Of a stretch of DNA of 64,000 bases, positions 39,863-54,800 are shown one piece after another; positions within the stretch are counted from its first letter, which is position 1; every line of letters begins with the position of its first letter. The notes beneath the pieces are model-generated. The model was given only the letters and a program-made list of their open reading frames with translations, had not been told where the DNA came from and searched no databases. The position numbers and the translations under genes were made by a program. Origin of the DNA: Phoronis australis (lineage: Eukaryota > Animalia > Phoronida); contig NMRA01000124.1 of NCBI GenBank assembly GCA_002633005.1, forward strand, positions 761,814 to 825,813, read 5' to 3'.

Positions 39863-42800
39863 CTGAAAGCAACAGAGTAAATGGCCGTTAGCATTGTCAT
39901 CATATAGTGAATCCCCAACCACTAACTAGTAGTGCCACCTAGAGTTGATACATGGAACTAGTCTATTACCCATTCAACTGACAGATATCTCATTTTCAGC
40001 TCACAAAATGAATACCTGCATATTCTGACAGGGTTAGACATCAGCAATCAGTTATCGGCTCTTTACAGAAAAAGCAGCAAGGACTGTTCTTTATTGCAAG
40101 GCTCCGGTCAAACAACAACTTCTCAGATTTTGATAAAAGTTGTTAAGCGATGTATAAACAACAAGCGACAAATAAAAAATTCCAGAAATGCTATTTTTGT
40201 GTCGACAAGAGAAAGGAATTTAATTACCAAGTTTTCTGAAATAACCCAGGCAGGGTATTTTGTTTCTAAACCACACGATTCAGATAGGACAAAAATCAGG
40301 TTTGATTTTTTTTTAAAATGATGCGTACCACAAGAGTAATTATCCTTATCATTAGCATATCAAACATGGTAACAGCCACTTGCAGAATCAGTTTCACCCG
40401 CTGAATAATGGGCACGAAACTGGTTCTCAAAATCCGGGAACCCAGTAAATAACCGACACACACGAAATGAAGATTAACACAATTTTATAACCTAGTGCGT
40501 TTTCAGTAAAGCAAGTATCTTTACAGATTCATGGGTTCTCACTAACTTTCACTTGCCAGTCACTAACCCTACAGAACCCGACTCTGGCAACTCAAAATGA
40601 AACGAATCGATTCAAATGAGCAAAACTTTTAAAACCCATTTTCTTACAAATACTTCAACTGCTTGACAAAATTTTGAAAATGTTTGAATTTTGTACTGCG
40701 CTGCATATTTGAGCTGTTCACTGAGAACAATGCAGCTTAAAGCCCCAGCTTCAACTCATTCAACATCATACCTGGTCACTTCTTTGTGGAAGCCTGTCAG
40801 CTGTTGGGTGGTCACCGAGATGGCACCACCGGCAGTTTCCGTCGGCAAGGACTTAAGCGCCGTCTCCAGCCATTTGCAAACCAACTGAAAACACCAAGAA
40901 CAACCGGTAACAGTCACGATACGAGACACTGTATTCCCAATTTTATAACAACCTAAAGTTTGGCTCTCCAATATTTCCAGCATCAGAGGTGAAACTTAGG
41001 TGGCGACCAGGGATGGCCACAGAACTGTGAAATTTGCGATGACCGGAGACAAGCAATGCTGGCTGAGGGGAGCAGTGTGGTGAAATTGAATATTTGTGTG
41101 CCCATCATAATTTTTGCTTTCCTGCGGAAATTCAATCATTTTTGTAATACATTCTATAGACTCATGACTTCTCAGACAGTTTATGAGGAGCAGTGCTCAA
41201 AATTGATAACTCCACGTCTTGACTTTGTAGCTCACAAGCCTAAAAAATACATATGCTATAAGTGTTGGTGAAAATTATGTATTGCGGTAGGAAAATATCC
41301 ATTTTTGGAAATACTCAAAGCAAGAAGAGCGGATAAACCAAAAAAGAATACTAGGCTTTGACAATATTGGTTTTGGGTCGAATAAGTAGCAGAAAACCCA
41401 GCACAACTGTTGTTAACACTCTGTATTAACACGTATACATAACTCCAACATTTTGATGAAGTTCAAGTCATCATCCTCAAGGAGTATCTTGTGACCCTGT
41501 CTATTGTGATTTGAAGTACTCCTTGAGGATGATGAAATGAACTTCATCGACACTTTGGACTCATGTATACATGTAAATACAGACTCTTAACAATTGTGTT
41601 GGGTTTTCTAGTACTAGGTTTTGTACACTTTTCAAGATGTTGATAATAGCGGACAAGCCCTGAAAGTAGCCTGCCTCACCGTGAATTTGAAAGTAAGCAA
41701 GCTACAAGATCTGGCACTGACAAATACAACAACCACATTACATCACATAACACAGTTTTGCACTGAACAATCGAGCTCATACAAATACAATTGTGTTCGC
41801 TTCAATGAGAAGTACTACACTAATCTGTGTACTGACCGGACGATCCATCTGCAGGAGTTCGTAGATGACGTCACCCACGTCAAAGATCATGAAGGACGGC
41901 AGGGAGAAGACGCAGGCATTGACTAGGGCCTGAACCAGGGTCTGGCCGTGCTCTGACAGGATACCTTTTACCAGGCTCTTACGAGTGGCGTAGTCTGGGT
42001 TGTGCTGGAATGAAGCAAATTTAGTTCACTATTACAGAATAAACAATATTCCACCCTCACAGCCAGCAGGTGTCCTCATTAACAGTGTCTTTTTTTATAA
42101 ATACAACTTTTTCCTGGCCAGTTATAGTTGTTTTCTCATCAGCTATAATTTCATTCTGATGAACTCAGTTCACATCTCATTAACCACTATTCTTTTAACA
42201 TCTGACCCCAGGCTTGATTTGGCACGTACTTGGTACAATGCATCAAATCTGTATGAACACTGCAACAGGAAATGCATTCAGTTCATAAGAAATGAATTGT
42301 GTTCATGAAAGCAGAACTGCAGCACATGAGAAAAGAAATACAACTCATTAGAGAAGAATATTATTGAGAAAACAAACTCTGATGATGAGAATGTCCTTGC
42401 AGTGCATGAGGGAGCGAGATTGTCTATCCTGCATTAAGAGTGGTATGTATTTATTGCATTACAGAAAACACACAATAACAAAATGTAGCAACCCAAAACA
42501 CAATGAGGAGTAAAGAATCGCATGAAATGATGAAATACGCGTGAATAATAGGTAGGTATACTAAGATTTCATCAATGTAGATAAGACCAAAGTGTAGTAT
42601 TGATATGCACGCACCGTAAGCATTATGAATGGTTAAGAAATAAGGAATGCTCAATTTCAAATATTTCCACTATAGTTGGGTTCTTTCTTTGAATTGATTT
42701 GGCAGATATTGAGATATATGCAAAGATAACCTAAATAGCCACTAGGAGATGCCGCTTTATCTGGGCTTGAAGCAAAAACAACATTAGCCGTGCTCCTTTC

Positions 42801-45800
42801 AACAGGAACACAATCATACCAATGTTTCACAAAAAATCCATCTAAAACTTGGTATATATTGAGACAAAGGCAAAAAACGAAATTGCCACTTGGGGGCACC
42901 ACAGCAGTCCGTAACATCTTTAACTCAACAACAGTTGTACTCTCTTCAATAGGGATGTATCTGCCAAACCAGTATGATCTTTCAAGCGGTTTGGCGGATA
43001 GAGAGGAGTACCGCAATGACAATAGCCACTAGGATTAGGCAGTTATCCTCATAAACCATTATGTATTCGAGGATAGAATAACAGACACTTGTCTTGATTT
43101 TGAATAAAAGGAGAATAGAACATGGAAAAAATAGAAACAATAATAGAAACAAGAAAGGTAAAAATTTTCTAAATAATGCAGAAAGCCTACAGAATTCTAT
43201 TTCTAACTTTTTTACCAATCTGTAGTGGCATGGGTCACATGATCATGTTTGTTAAATAAAATTTAGCAAAAAAGAAAGGTAAAATCATAGCAAAACAATG
43301 GTAATAATAACATGGACCAATTTCATTTTATCGCATAGACAGATTTTGAACTTGTCATTTCGTTTTCGTTTTATGCAACTTTTTTCCTTAAAATCATAAA
43401 AGCCCTATATCTGATAGCCCTTCGTGCAAAACTGGATCAATTTAAAAACAATTACCAACAACTTTTTGGAGAACAATGCAGAGAACATAGAATCTGATCT
43501 TGGCACGCTCAACTCCACCTTAGATAACTGTACAAAACAACAGCCCAACAGACTTGCGTCTCGATTTCAAGCTACTACAAGGTTCCCACGTTTTGAGAAC
43601 CAGTTTCCCCAATATTAACCTGCATCAAACGTTATTCTCAACATGTGAGAACATTGCCCTGGCAGACTAAGAGCACTGGCTACCAGTACAGACAACCATA
43701 AACTCAACACTTTAGTTACGAAAAACTCATCAAACAAATTGGTGACACAGAACAAAAATAGAAATATGCCCTTTTCAAATAATGCTCATTCAACATATTT
43801 TTGTTCAAGAAAACCAAATTTAATGATTTTTAGGGCAATTTCCAGAGGTTAACCAGACATTCATCGACAAAGACAATGTCAATCTGTATAGATATCACTG
43901 CAAAAACATGGTTTATAATATTGTTTTCCTTCTGAAACAAATTATTAGATCTTTTAAAAAGCCAAGGAAACTGAAAGTAGACCACAAATTAGATGACACC
44001 AATCACTGCAAAAGTACACGGATAATTGAACAACACCCTTTGAAATGAAAAGTTGCATAAACTAGTGTTGTGCAATGAAAGTGAAGAATAACGGAAGTCA
44101 CTGAAAAAGTACAATGCTAATTCAGGCGCCTTACTTGCAATTCAACCGTTTCCATAACGAAGTAGACACCAATCACCGTTAGCGTACGGTAACAATTTAT
44201 ACGTCTCTTTAGACTACAAGCACTACAGACAAGTGTTTTCCAGCTACCAAAGCCCATAATTAGCAAAAAAAATAAACTACTGTAACACAGGAAGAATGAA
44301 GTCTCATGTTTACAACCACACGGACAGCTTCTCTTAATCACAGCATCTATTATACCGAGATTAATAGGTTAATTACTAGCTTACCTGACAAGAGTGCAGC
44401 GCGGAGAAAATGAGACGGACTCATGACGAGAAACAATTTCCCGATTCATTACGGGGGCTCCTTTTACATAATTGAGAGAAAAACACAAGAGCTGGCAACA
44501 GATACTATTTTTCTGTACAAAATAAGCCTAGAAACAAATCACTTGTGTATTTGAGACAGCCCTAAACAAAGTCTGACAATACTCAATTCCCACTCATACT
44601 GAGACTTCAGAGTTCCTCTGACAAACAAGCAGACCTAGAGAACACGTCAAAAGCAACCAGACAAAATACCACTCTCGCTGGTTTTAATGTTACTTACACT
44701 CATTCTAACAACAAAAGACTAGCTATACTCGCTAGTTTTCCACTTCCAAAGTTTTCAACAATCTTGAACAACTCTTGCCCTTTTTCAATATCTCTCTAAA
44801 TGAGCTTTCCATACACGGAGATTATTTTTGTCATTTTTCGGGTCTTCCATGATGAGTGAGGAACCGCAGGGAGCATTCATTGTCATTTAGTCATGCAAAA
44901 AGAGCAGCAGCAAAACCCCCACATCAGTTATCTGGCCCTATTCTCATTGTGACACCTCAGACTTCGCACAACATGGACTTAACAACAAGGAGTCGGCAAT
45001 AAATAAATGTAAATGTTGGGTTGAAAATGAACGTCATAGACTCGGGTACAATCAGATAATTCTCCGCTTATTTTGCACAAAAATAACTGTCAAAATTGTA
45101 ATTTTCCATTTTTCAAATTCTGATAGCACGACCGTGAATAAAGGAAATTTTAACGAAACAGTTTTATGGCATCTGCACAGTAGAAACTATGTTAGTAAGC
45201 GACTAAATTTTTCTTAATTTTTACTTTCGTGGAGTAATTTGACAAAATTGAGTTTCACTTGTCAACCATACGCCTGCTAAATAAGGAAAGAATTGAGGTT
45301 TGCTGGAAAGAACTTTTGTATTTTTGCAGCAAGTACAACTAGACATAGGCCAGCAAATAGCTGTTCACGCGTCTGCTAATGGCGCGAAAATTAGTAGCAA
45401 ATATGTATAATTACATCTTTCTCCCGTGCGCATTTGATGAGCTCTTGTAGAAACTTCATGACGGACGCGTTGGCCTCACGGTGATCACATGAACAGGCGG
45501 CGATGGCGCAGCAGAAGATGTTTTTGATGAGCGAGCACTGTAGGAAGGCTAACGGGATTCTCTGCGCCGATCTACGTACAAAGAAGTACACGTGTTTTCA
45601 TCAGCCGACTGTCATAACTAACAGGCGATTCAAAACTCGCTAGGTGAGCTAGCGAGACGTAGGTCCCACCAATTAAGTGCATGCACTCAGGTAGTCATGT
45701 GGAACCCTTATCTACAAATCGACCCCCATGTTTAAGTTTTGCTTTTTGTTCTCATTCCATTCATCACCTAGTGAATATGGAGTCGCCTATCATTGCAAAT

Positions 45801-48800
45801 AATTACTGCCGATTATGATACATCCTATAACAAGGACAGCGCAATATACATTCAGGCTAAATGCCCCCACTTTAAAGTGCATAATAGTCACAGTCTTTGG
45901 ACGAAAAATCAATAGCACATGTCATTCTTGTAATTAGTATCCGACAACGTGTTAATTAGTAGCTGTCGCATTGTGATCATAAGATACAAAAGGGAGAAAA
46001 GGCAGACACTGAAACCTTTATGCATAAACAATTTTTTTATTGTCAGTTTTGGGAAAAAGCATCTACGAAGGGATAACATTGTATACGCATTACCACTAGC
46101 TGCTCAGAAAATTATAGTAAATTTCTAATGTGTAATAGCTTTTTGATACATTTACCCAGAATTCATACTTGTGGATAAGTATGTACTATCCTTTTCTTAC
46201 TATACAGAAAAAAAAATTAGTCACACCAACCGGTGCTCATAAATAGTGATTTGGAGACCAAATGTGTTGGTGTTGGCTTACGCACAAGATGACAAGATTT
46301 TATGCATTGTGAATATACAGAGTTGGTAGTCCATGTACCATAGTTTATGGTAACACAACGTTCGCACTCCTGTGCTGGTTCCATGACTTCTGAACTGTTT
46401 CCACCAAGCCCAAGAAATTGAAATGAATCTCAAAAATTTCGGATGGTGAGTCCACTGGATCCCATTGTTTAGAAATGTAGGGCAAACACTGCCGAGCTAA
46501 CCAGCCTGCAGTTGTACCTAAGTGATTTCGTACAGATGAAGACTGGTTCAAAAGAAGTAGAAACAAACCTGGAACATCCACTCGACAAAACAGTGAAAAT
46601 AGAAAACAGTGAATTTCAACTCGACCACTTTGCTAATGACATTTATCTAAAACATAAGCAAAACTAACCTTAAACACAGTCTAAATAAGTCATCCACTGT
46701 ATCCGGGTGATTCCGTAAACCGTTGTGCTCTTCTAAAATTTTAAAGGTGGGCGTACAAAAATGCTGAAAGCAGAAAACCAACGACATCCTGATTAGGCAT
46801 TTCCAGACATGTTAATCACATGTTAATCACACAAACCCATTGAGAACCACACTTAACACATACTGACAGCAAAATAATTCTAACGAGTAAAAAAACAATG
46901 TGCTTATTTGCAACTCCGACACTGTCCTATGGAATTCCCAGAGGAGGCAAAACTTTCTTCCAATGCACAACTCATCTTCCAGTAAGTGAACAGACGACGT
47001 ACTTGCCGGAGGTAAACACACATCACACCAGGTGTCGCTACTGAATAGCGGCGTCCCAACTAATAGTGTTGGTCGCAAACCCTGCGCACTGAGACAAAAC
47101 AGAGTTGGTGGACCATACACTACATCCTACGGTTACAGTACTGAGTACAGCCGATCTCTGAGAGCCGTACTCATTCATTATTATACCCATTCACAGAGAT
47201 CATTCAATGAGGCTCAGTGTACAGTCGGTCTCTGAGCCGTATTCATCCACTAATATACACACTTACGGTAATCATGTCAATAAGGCCTTGTGTACAGCCG
47301 GTCTCTGAGCCGTACTCATTCATTATTAAACCCATTCAGAGATCATTCAATGAGGCCTTGTGGACAGCCATTCTCTGAGCAGTATTCATGCACTAATATA
47401 CACACTTACAGTAATCATGTCAATGAGGCCTTGTGTACAGCCAGTCTCTGAGCCGTATTCATCCACTAATATACTGCCCAGGTACAGGAAGCATGAATGA
47501 GGATGGACACTGTATAAACTGATCATCTACAAGAGACAGTCGTCAACATTAGACAAAATATGGCACAAAATCTTCGTCTTAGTACACGGTATGGCAGAGA
47601 CTAATGGAATTTCGTTTTGCCAAACTCCTTAACAATTACAATTTTTAAGAACATTTGGTGTCACCATCATTAGCATATTTTACAACACTTGCAGTAAGAT
47701 CTTGAAAAGTAACAAAACAGTAATTTTATCAATTTCTATTCCTATCCCAAACTGAAGAACTTTCCCTATCAAGAGTTTCCACAGTTTCTTACCATATCAA
47801 TCCTTTTAAACACTCATTCTACAACACTATAATCGAAAATGTAAAAATCAAATTCCCCAATATGATGCGCTTTTTATAAGACGGCAAATTTTCTAACACA
47901 AACAAAGATTTTTTTCACTTTCTTGGTTTAAATTCAGGAGGATTGCCAAAAATAGCCTGCAAAGTTAATTGGCACAGAACCTCTCGCTTTATAAACCCTT
48001 AAAAGTTACAGAAAATTGCAAATACAAACAGGGTTACATTTACAAAATGTCCGTGTCCTTATATCATAATTGATGAACCTGATACTGATTGTTCTTAATT
48101 GCTCGTAACTAAGGAAATGGAAACAGTATCTGTAACCCTAAATATAGCTGGTTTCCTATGCATGCTGCGGTAACCTTAACTTACAGGGACATTTATGCCA
48201 CACAAGGTCTCACATGTCATCTAGCTGCCTCAAAACTGAGTACAAAAATTCTTCAATTATTTCGAACAAAATCGATTTTGCCAAAACGGCCATTTTCCTA
48301 AATTTCAATTAACAGCAGACAACAGTAATTCTCGGCTTCTTTCGCATAAAAATAATTGCTAAGCATTTCGTCTTATCATTTCACAAAGGCTGATTACCTT
48401 GCTTCAGATGATGGCAGCTTTATCAAATGCTGCTCTATGACATCTTCATAGTGCAAAGCAAGCTAACGACAGACTAAAATTTTCTTAAGACTTTAAATAA
48501 ATTCTGTCTGCCATATATGTGAGCCAAAACAGTGCAAATGGACCTTGGGACTAATAATAAGAATTTCACCAAATGTGTTGTTTTATGACAGCTGTAAAGT
48601 AGATATCACTAGCTCCAATCAAGTAAAATTTTCTAAATCTAAATCTTTTAACTTGACAATGAAATTCCACTCGTCTGCCAGATCGTCTGCTAAATAACTG
48701 AAGAGTTACGTGACATACTGCACTGTTCTGTTTACTGCACATCAGACTCACCTCAAACAAAACAAATCAAAATAAAATAGAATCAAATCTTATATTATTA

Positions 48801-51800
48801 GATCATGATGTTACCTTACACACAATATCACATAGTTAAGGCTTCATGATCAAGGTTGAGAAAAGAAAAATATCGAAATACGCACCTGAGCAACTAAAGG
48901 AGATAAGAGAGCTGACGATCCTTTACCGACGCACCGGATTGCGAACCTTATACAGCGACAACATCGCTCAATGATCCGCGTGTCTCCCTGGTACTTGTTA
49001 CAGGCATCAGACAAAATAGGCCACAGCTGGGACATTAAAACAGACAGGTTGATGACATTAGTACAGTAAACGCTCACCAATTTCAGATACAAATAATTGT
49101 CAAAATCATCCTTTTTCATTCTTTAATGGCTTTAAAACATGGTTCTGAATGCCTACAGCTTTTCAAATTATTGTATGCTGGTAGCTGTGATAGAGAATTT
49201 GAAGGTGAAAGACCGTTAATTTGGTGCTAGGTATCTTTCATCGAAAAAACAAGAAAAGAAAATTTCAACTGTCCGCCATAATGTGTCCTAAATTGGAGCC
49301 ATTTTATCGTAACATCAGATTAAAACTCAAGGACTTCAGGTTGGACAACGGAATAGGGTTCGTTTCGTTAGGCTTGAATCTTGCGAGTAATTAACTAATT
49401 GCAAATGTACAATGTTGACAAAGAATGCAAGATTAATAAGCGGGATCAATAGATTCATTTATGGCAACCCATTACGAACCTGTAGGATTTTAAAAACATC
49501 TGAATTATTCAGTTAGAATGCACAAGGTGATTGTCGAAGGCAAACTCACGACAGTGAGAACTGTACCGAAAAATCTAAATCCAGCATTTTTAAAAACTTT
49601 CAAAGTACGGTTGAACAACTTTGTAAGATTTTTTCCTAACGGGCGTAAACACTTTGAGCGCCATGATATCAATACGACATAAGGGTAATCTGCATGAGTT
49701 GACATCCACGACGGATTGTCGATCATACAGTATCAATCTGAAATACGTGGACATTTCTTTCAAATGCTAGAACTGCAGAAGATGCTCATTGGAAAGCAGA
49801 GTCTTATCCTGTTACCTTCCTCTTAAATATGACATTGTGGTCTTTGCGATATTATCAGACATTCCTTTAAATCAATGCCTGTCTTTATACTCTAATAAGG
49901 GTAAGGATCCACCAGCAGAGGTCTGGACTGCGACCACGGAGGTTAAACATTAGACTTCGCATTACGACTGATCTCAGAAAATCAATTTTCTCGCTTATAC
50001 AAACCCTTTAAATTTACCGAATGAAATAACGTGTTTTCTATTCTCAACAACTTCATCAGATAAAGCCAATGCTACAGAAATCTTCTCCACTACTACATAC
50101 CTCCTCAATAACTGCTTTGCATGGATGAGGCTGGCCGTTTGTAATAGTAGGAGTGGTGTGTCTGAAGAAAAAACAAATTTAATAAGCTAATTAATGCTTT
50201 GATCACATATAGGGTGATGCTCTTCTGATCCCCGAATTCTGTCCCAACACCTAGTATCATTGATTGGTTTTTTGTAAGATGAGATGCCAACACTTGGCCA
50301 GCGCACCCGACAACTGAACAACTTTTCTATCTCCACCGTCGAAAGCTTCAAGTGGCAAGGCATAAAATGGAGGCAAGCCATTACACATAAAACCACAGGG
50401 TGTCCCAAACTTACACTTCAGTACATCACACCAAGAGTTTGACTTCAGGTCAGACTCTGAGCCCCAGCCTGCTGTATGGTTACGTCTTAGTATAAAAGTA
50501 GACACGTGAGATGTCACGTGTCGTGTATGCACGGGAATGGCAAACGGACGACGGTTTTGGAGAATGAAAATTTATCACATAACGCTACTGGTAAATGTGC
50601 ACTGATCCAGTCAAGCAATGTGACACTAATCTTATTCCCAAGCTAATAAAGTTTAACCAGCAATACTGTTTATTGACGTAGAAATGCAGCCATTGTAATC
50701 TCAAGTGCGTACGCATTTTTGGGACACCCTGTATGTATTGACAGATGTTTCCTTACACAATGCCGCACACAAATAGATAACCAAAGGCAGAGGCTCAGGT
50801 GAATAAACAAACAGTTTTGGCATTCAGATGAAGTTAGACCGGCAACAGCAAACTTCATCAACTAAGCACATATCATGACCTACAAGGGGGATTTTTGCTT
50901 ATTTCTCAAATTTCTCAAAAGAATAATCTTCAAAAAAACCTTGACTTCCTCACTCACATATTTGTACTGTATAGCTTTGATGAAAGAAAAACTAATAAAA
51001 TTTGGAAAATTATTTTTGTTCAAAATTGAAGGGATATTAACATAAAATGAAGGTGTGGATGACAAGACAGGAAAATAAATTGCATGATATATTCCAAAAC
51101 AAGGAGAAAAACCAGCAATGTGGCACACATATGTTATTCCAACACACCTGAGCAAGACCAAGACCCACCAGACGTCTTACTAACATGTATGTAAAGGACA
51201 CAAACACCCCCAAAACTAATATCTTAAATTCTACTATAAACCTGTTCCCGTGAAATTGGCTATCAAGCCAGACAATAAAACATGACTGCCTTAGATGGTT
51301 GCAAAGGGTAACAACCACGACGAGATGTCCTCTCCACGACACTAAATAATGCCAAACGTCATAACACAACATTAGATGTTGGGTCTAGATGTTATTTGTT
51401 GAGTTTTGTCCTGGACGGAAATAGAAACATAACAGTGTAAATACCAAGGTCATCCAATGAGAAACAAATAAGTTGTGGCTCCCACTCACGTTGTATTTTC
51501 ATTTCATCTGAGTTTTCCAAAAACGATTTTCATTTCTCACGAGTTCAAGAAACAAGTCCTTTGTGACTGATGCTTGTCATGCTTATCTGAGCAGACAAAC
51601 ACGCACCAGGACTCATAAAATGGAGGATTTCTTTTTTATATCTCAAACTTTTCAGTTACATTTCTAGTAACATTTCCAAACGTGGAAAATTGTTGTGTCA
51701 AATTTCAAGTTTTCCAAGATGTCCATGACATATGGACACTATGCCAATCCTTATCCCAATTGACCTTTTAACATATGGCGAGAGACGCCATGTTACGGAA

Positions 51801-54800
51801 ACGATAGAGAGATAGCAGTCATCCTAGGCAGCACTTATGCACATATAAGATCGGAAGAATTCCCTTCACTTTCGTAGCATTTCAAAGGGTCAGAAGTTCA
51901 ATTATTACAGACACGAGTTAACAAATAGGATCTAACTATAATCAACTGCCAGCATACAGAGGATACGATCACCTGCGGGACAATTTCTGGATTCTACATT
52001 GGAGAAGTATTATCCCACAAATCCATGCTCAATTTTTGGCTATCAATAAAGAAGCCAATGAACTTAACATGAAACCCTACAGAATGTGTAACTCAAACCA
52101 CTGGTACAAGCTCAAAACTGTGCTCAGCTTTGTTAGGCAATGGTAAAGGCTTATTCATTACAGGTGGCATTGAAAGGAATCAGTTTTCTCCTTCTATTCA
52201 TAACGTATGAGATTTCACAACAAATGATGAGAAAATGTTGCATAATCAACCAAAACCGAGAAAATGGTGACAACAGCTCATCGATGACGTACAGGGTGTC
52301 CCAAAAAATGTGCTCACACTTCAGTACAACACCGTATATCAGACACTTGTTTTCGAGCCTAGTGTATGGCTATAGCTTGCAGTGAAAGTAGGCGTGCGTA
52401 CCGTCACAAGCTCTGTATAGTAGGGAATGGCAAACAAACAACTCGGTTTTGGAAAATAAAAATGTTTTGTGCAAATGTTACTGGAAACTTAAAAAAGTCA
52501 AAGAAGTGCGAAGAAAATTAATCTTCTTCCCTAGTTAGTAAACATTACATTTATTTTGGTGTAAACAGTTATTAATTCCCTTTTTGATCACCTCTTTATG
52601 AACTAAATCAGCAACCCTTGGCCTAAGTCAATAAAACAACAGACGTCATCTGAAGTATGAGAACATTTTTGGGACAACCAGAATTTGTGGATTATTGTGA
52701 AACTCAATGCAAGCTGACGAACTTAGAGGAGCTACCTATCATCTAAGCATAGGAATGTTTTTATGAAGAAAACTTAGTCTATTAGACTTTACTTTATGAA
52801 GAAAACTTAGTCTATTAGACTTTACTTGATGAAGAAAACTTAGTCTATTAGACTTTACTTTATGACGAAAACTTAGTCTATTAGACTTTACTTTACGAAG
52901 AAAACTTAGTCTATTAGAATTTACTTTAACAGCAAGTATTTTCTTACTCATTCTATGATGTGAACAGCAACTGTATATTATTCACATGACAAGTACGTCA
53001 TTCACTGAGAGTGTCAACGCTCAAATTCAAAGATGTCTGACGACCACCAAACAGACTTATGTACGGACAAGATGCTACTCACCTAAAGATGGCAGCTAGC
53101 CTGTCAAGCCAAACTGTCGGGTCTTTTGTGGTTGGGGTCTTCTCAGCTGCAGCTGTGCTGGATTCTTGTTGTAAAATCTAAAACCAATTTCCAATTAAAC
53201 AAAATTTTTTGCCTGAAGTAGAAATAAGTTATTTTTATTTACAGGAATTTCATCTTAATAGATAAATCATTCAGTGTTAAGTTCATCAATTAAATAAGCT
53301 AAGATCAGAATGTTTGGTGAGCCAGAATAGACATTTGTAATATTACGGCGCAATGCCGCAAATAGCAGTAGTTTGGCACTGAGGCACCTCACAACATCCG
53401 ACAGTGTACATCGGGACACCACTATTGTCAACAAATTTCTTTAATAAGGTGCCGACGACTCACCTGAGCTAGGGGAGACGCCTGGATTGCACACAGTTGT
53501 CTGAAGCCATCTGTGACCTGGTCCCCTGACATTTGAGCGAGTGTCATTGCCGCGCCTGAAACGGATCACAGTGTCTGAGGTAATGGATGTAACAAAGACA
53601 AGGAGCATGGAAAACAAATAATCTTGAAAATGGTGAAGTGGCATAACCAACAAAACAACAAACTGTGAAACACAAGACAGTAGACAGAGACAAACACAAT
53701 ACTGTTTTCATCATCATTATCTTTTCAGAAAGAATGTGGCCAGGCAATAGCAAAATTTGAATCCCTCTGCCACAAAGGATTTTGCTAGAATGACGAGACA
53801 TGACCAGTCACTTTCGCTACAACTAAGTAGAACAAGCTGTCATGAGGGATAAACGTAATTTCAACCGATGACTTTTGGCATGTACTATAAATGAATTTAG
53901 TCAATGAGTAGACAAGCTTACCTTTTAGAAGGCCAATAGCAGCATCATTGGAGACATTGAAGCTATCCAGAGCCTGCACAATGTGAAGAAGGCCCGTGAA
54001 ATGTTTGACCATATGGCCTTTACACTTGGAGCAGATCTTTTGCAGTGCATTGGCTGCGGCTGTGGCCAATAGGGGCTGCTGTAGGCCGGCCAATAAGAAC
54101 TGTAGTACAGGATCTGAAGGACCAATCAAGAGGAAGAATTCACAAATGAAATGAAATGCTAAACTCTTCAAAATATTTTGTACTCTGGGAATTCCAAAGG
54201 TTCTTTTGAAGTGCACAGAAAACAACGAGAAACTGCAGTCGACTCTAACAGTGGAGCTACAATGAATGGGTTTTTTCATTCTCCACAACCAATTTTGATA
54301 CAGGTTGCGCGTGGTTCACACAACAAACACTAATCATTCAACTAACGAATCCTTTGTTCAAATTGAACACAATTACTACCATTCTGTCACCAGCTTTGTT
54401 GAAAGACCCTGGATATATACACTGGGGTTTCACAACTGGTTGCAATTGGTGCTAACACTCGAAAATTTTGTTCCCTGTAATTTTAGTAAACTGCGCCACA
54501 TTTTCTAACCTCTAAGCATCGTAAAACAAACAGATTCCTGGAATAAGATAAACACCATTAGTTCCCAGTAAAATCATATTTCAGAATATTTCTGCTAACA
54601 ATTTTGGGAAACCCTGTAAACTCATTTCCTATGCAACAGAAAATCAGTCTTTACTTGTCCTTGTGTGATATTGATATTTATGTCATATTATGACAGTTGT
54701 TCTTTTCTTTATTAACACCACCTAGTGGTTATCTGTGGAGTGAGAACAAACATGACGACTACCAAGTAAATAAACGTCTGACTGCTATCTCACATGATTT

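Noticed and set aside
42378-42400. CTGATGA hammerhead-core match (also at ~12540, ~32833 and ~50053 on minus)
   Set aside because: No stem II followed by GAAA and no closing stem I.
52760-52924. 33-bp hairpin-containing repeats resembling CRISPR, and the ORF 52739-52951
   Set aside because: No unique spacers, no cas genes, located in a eukaryotic intron; the ORF is just the repeat read in frame.
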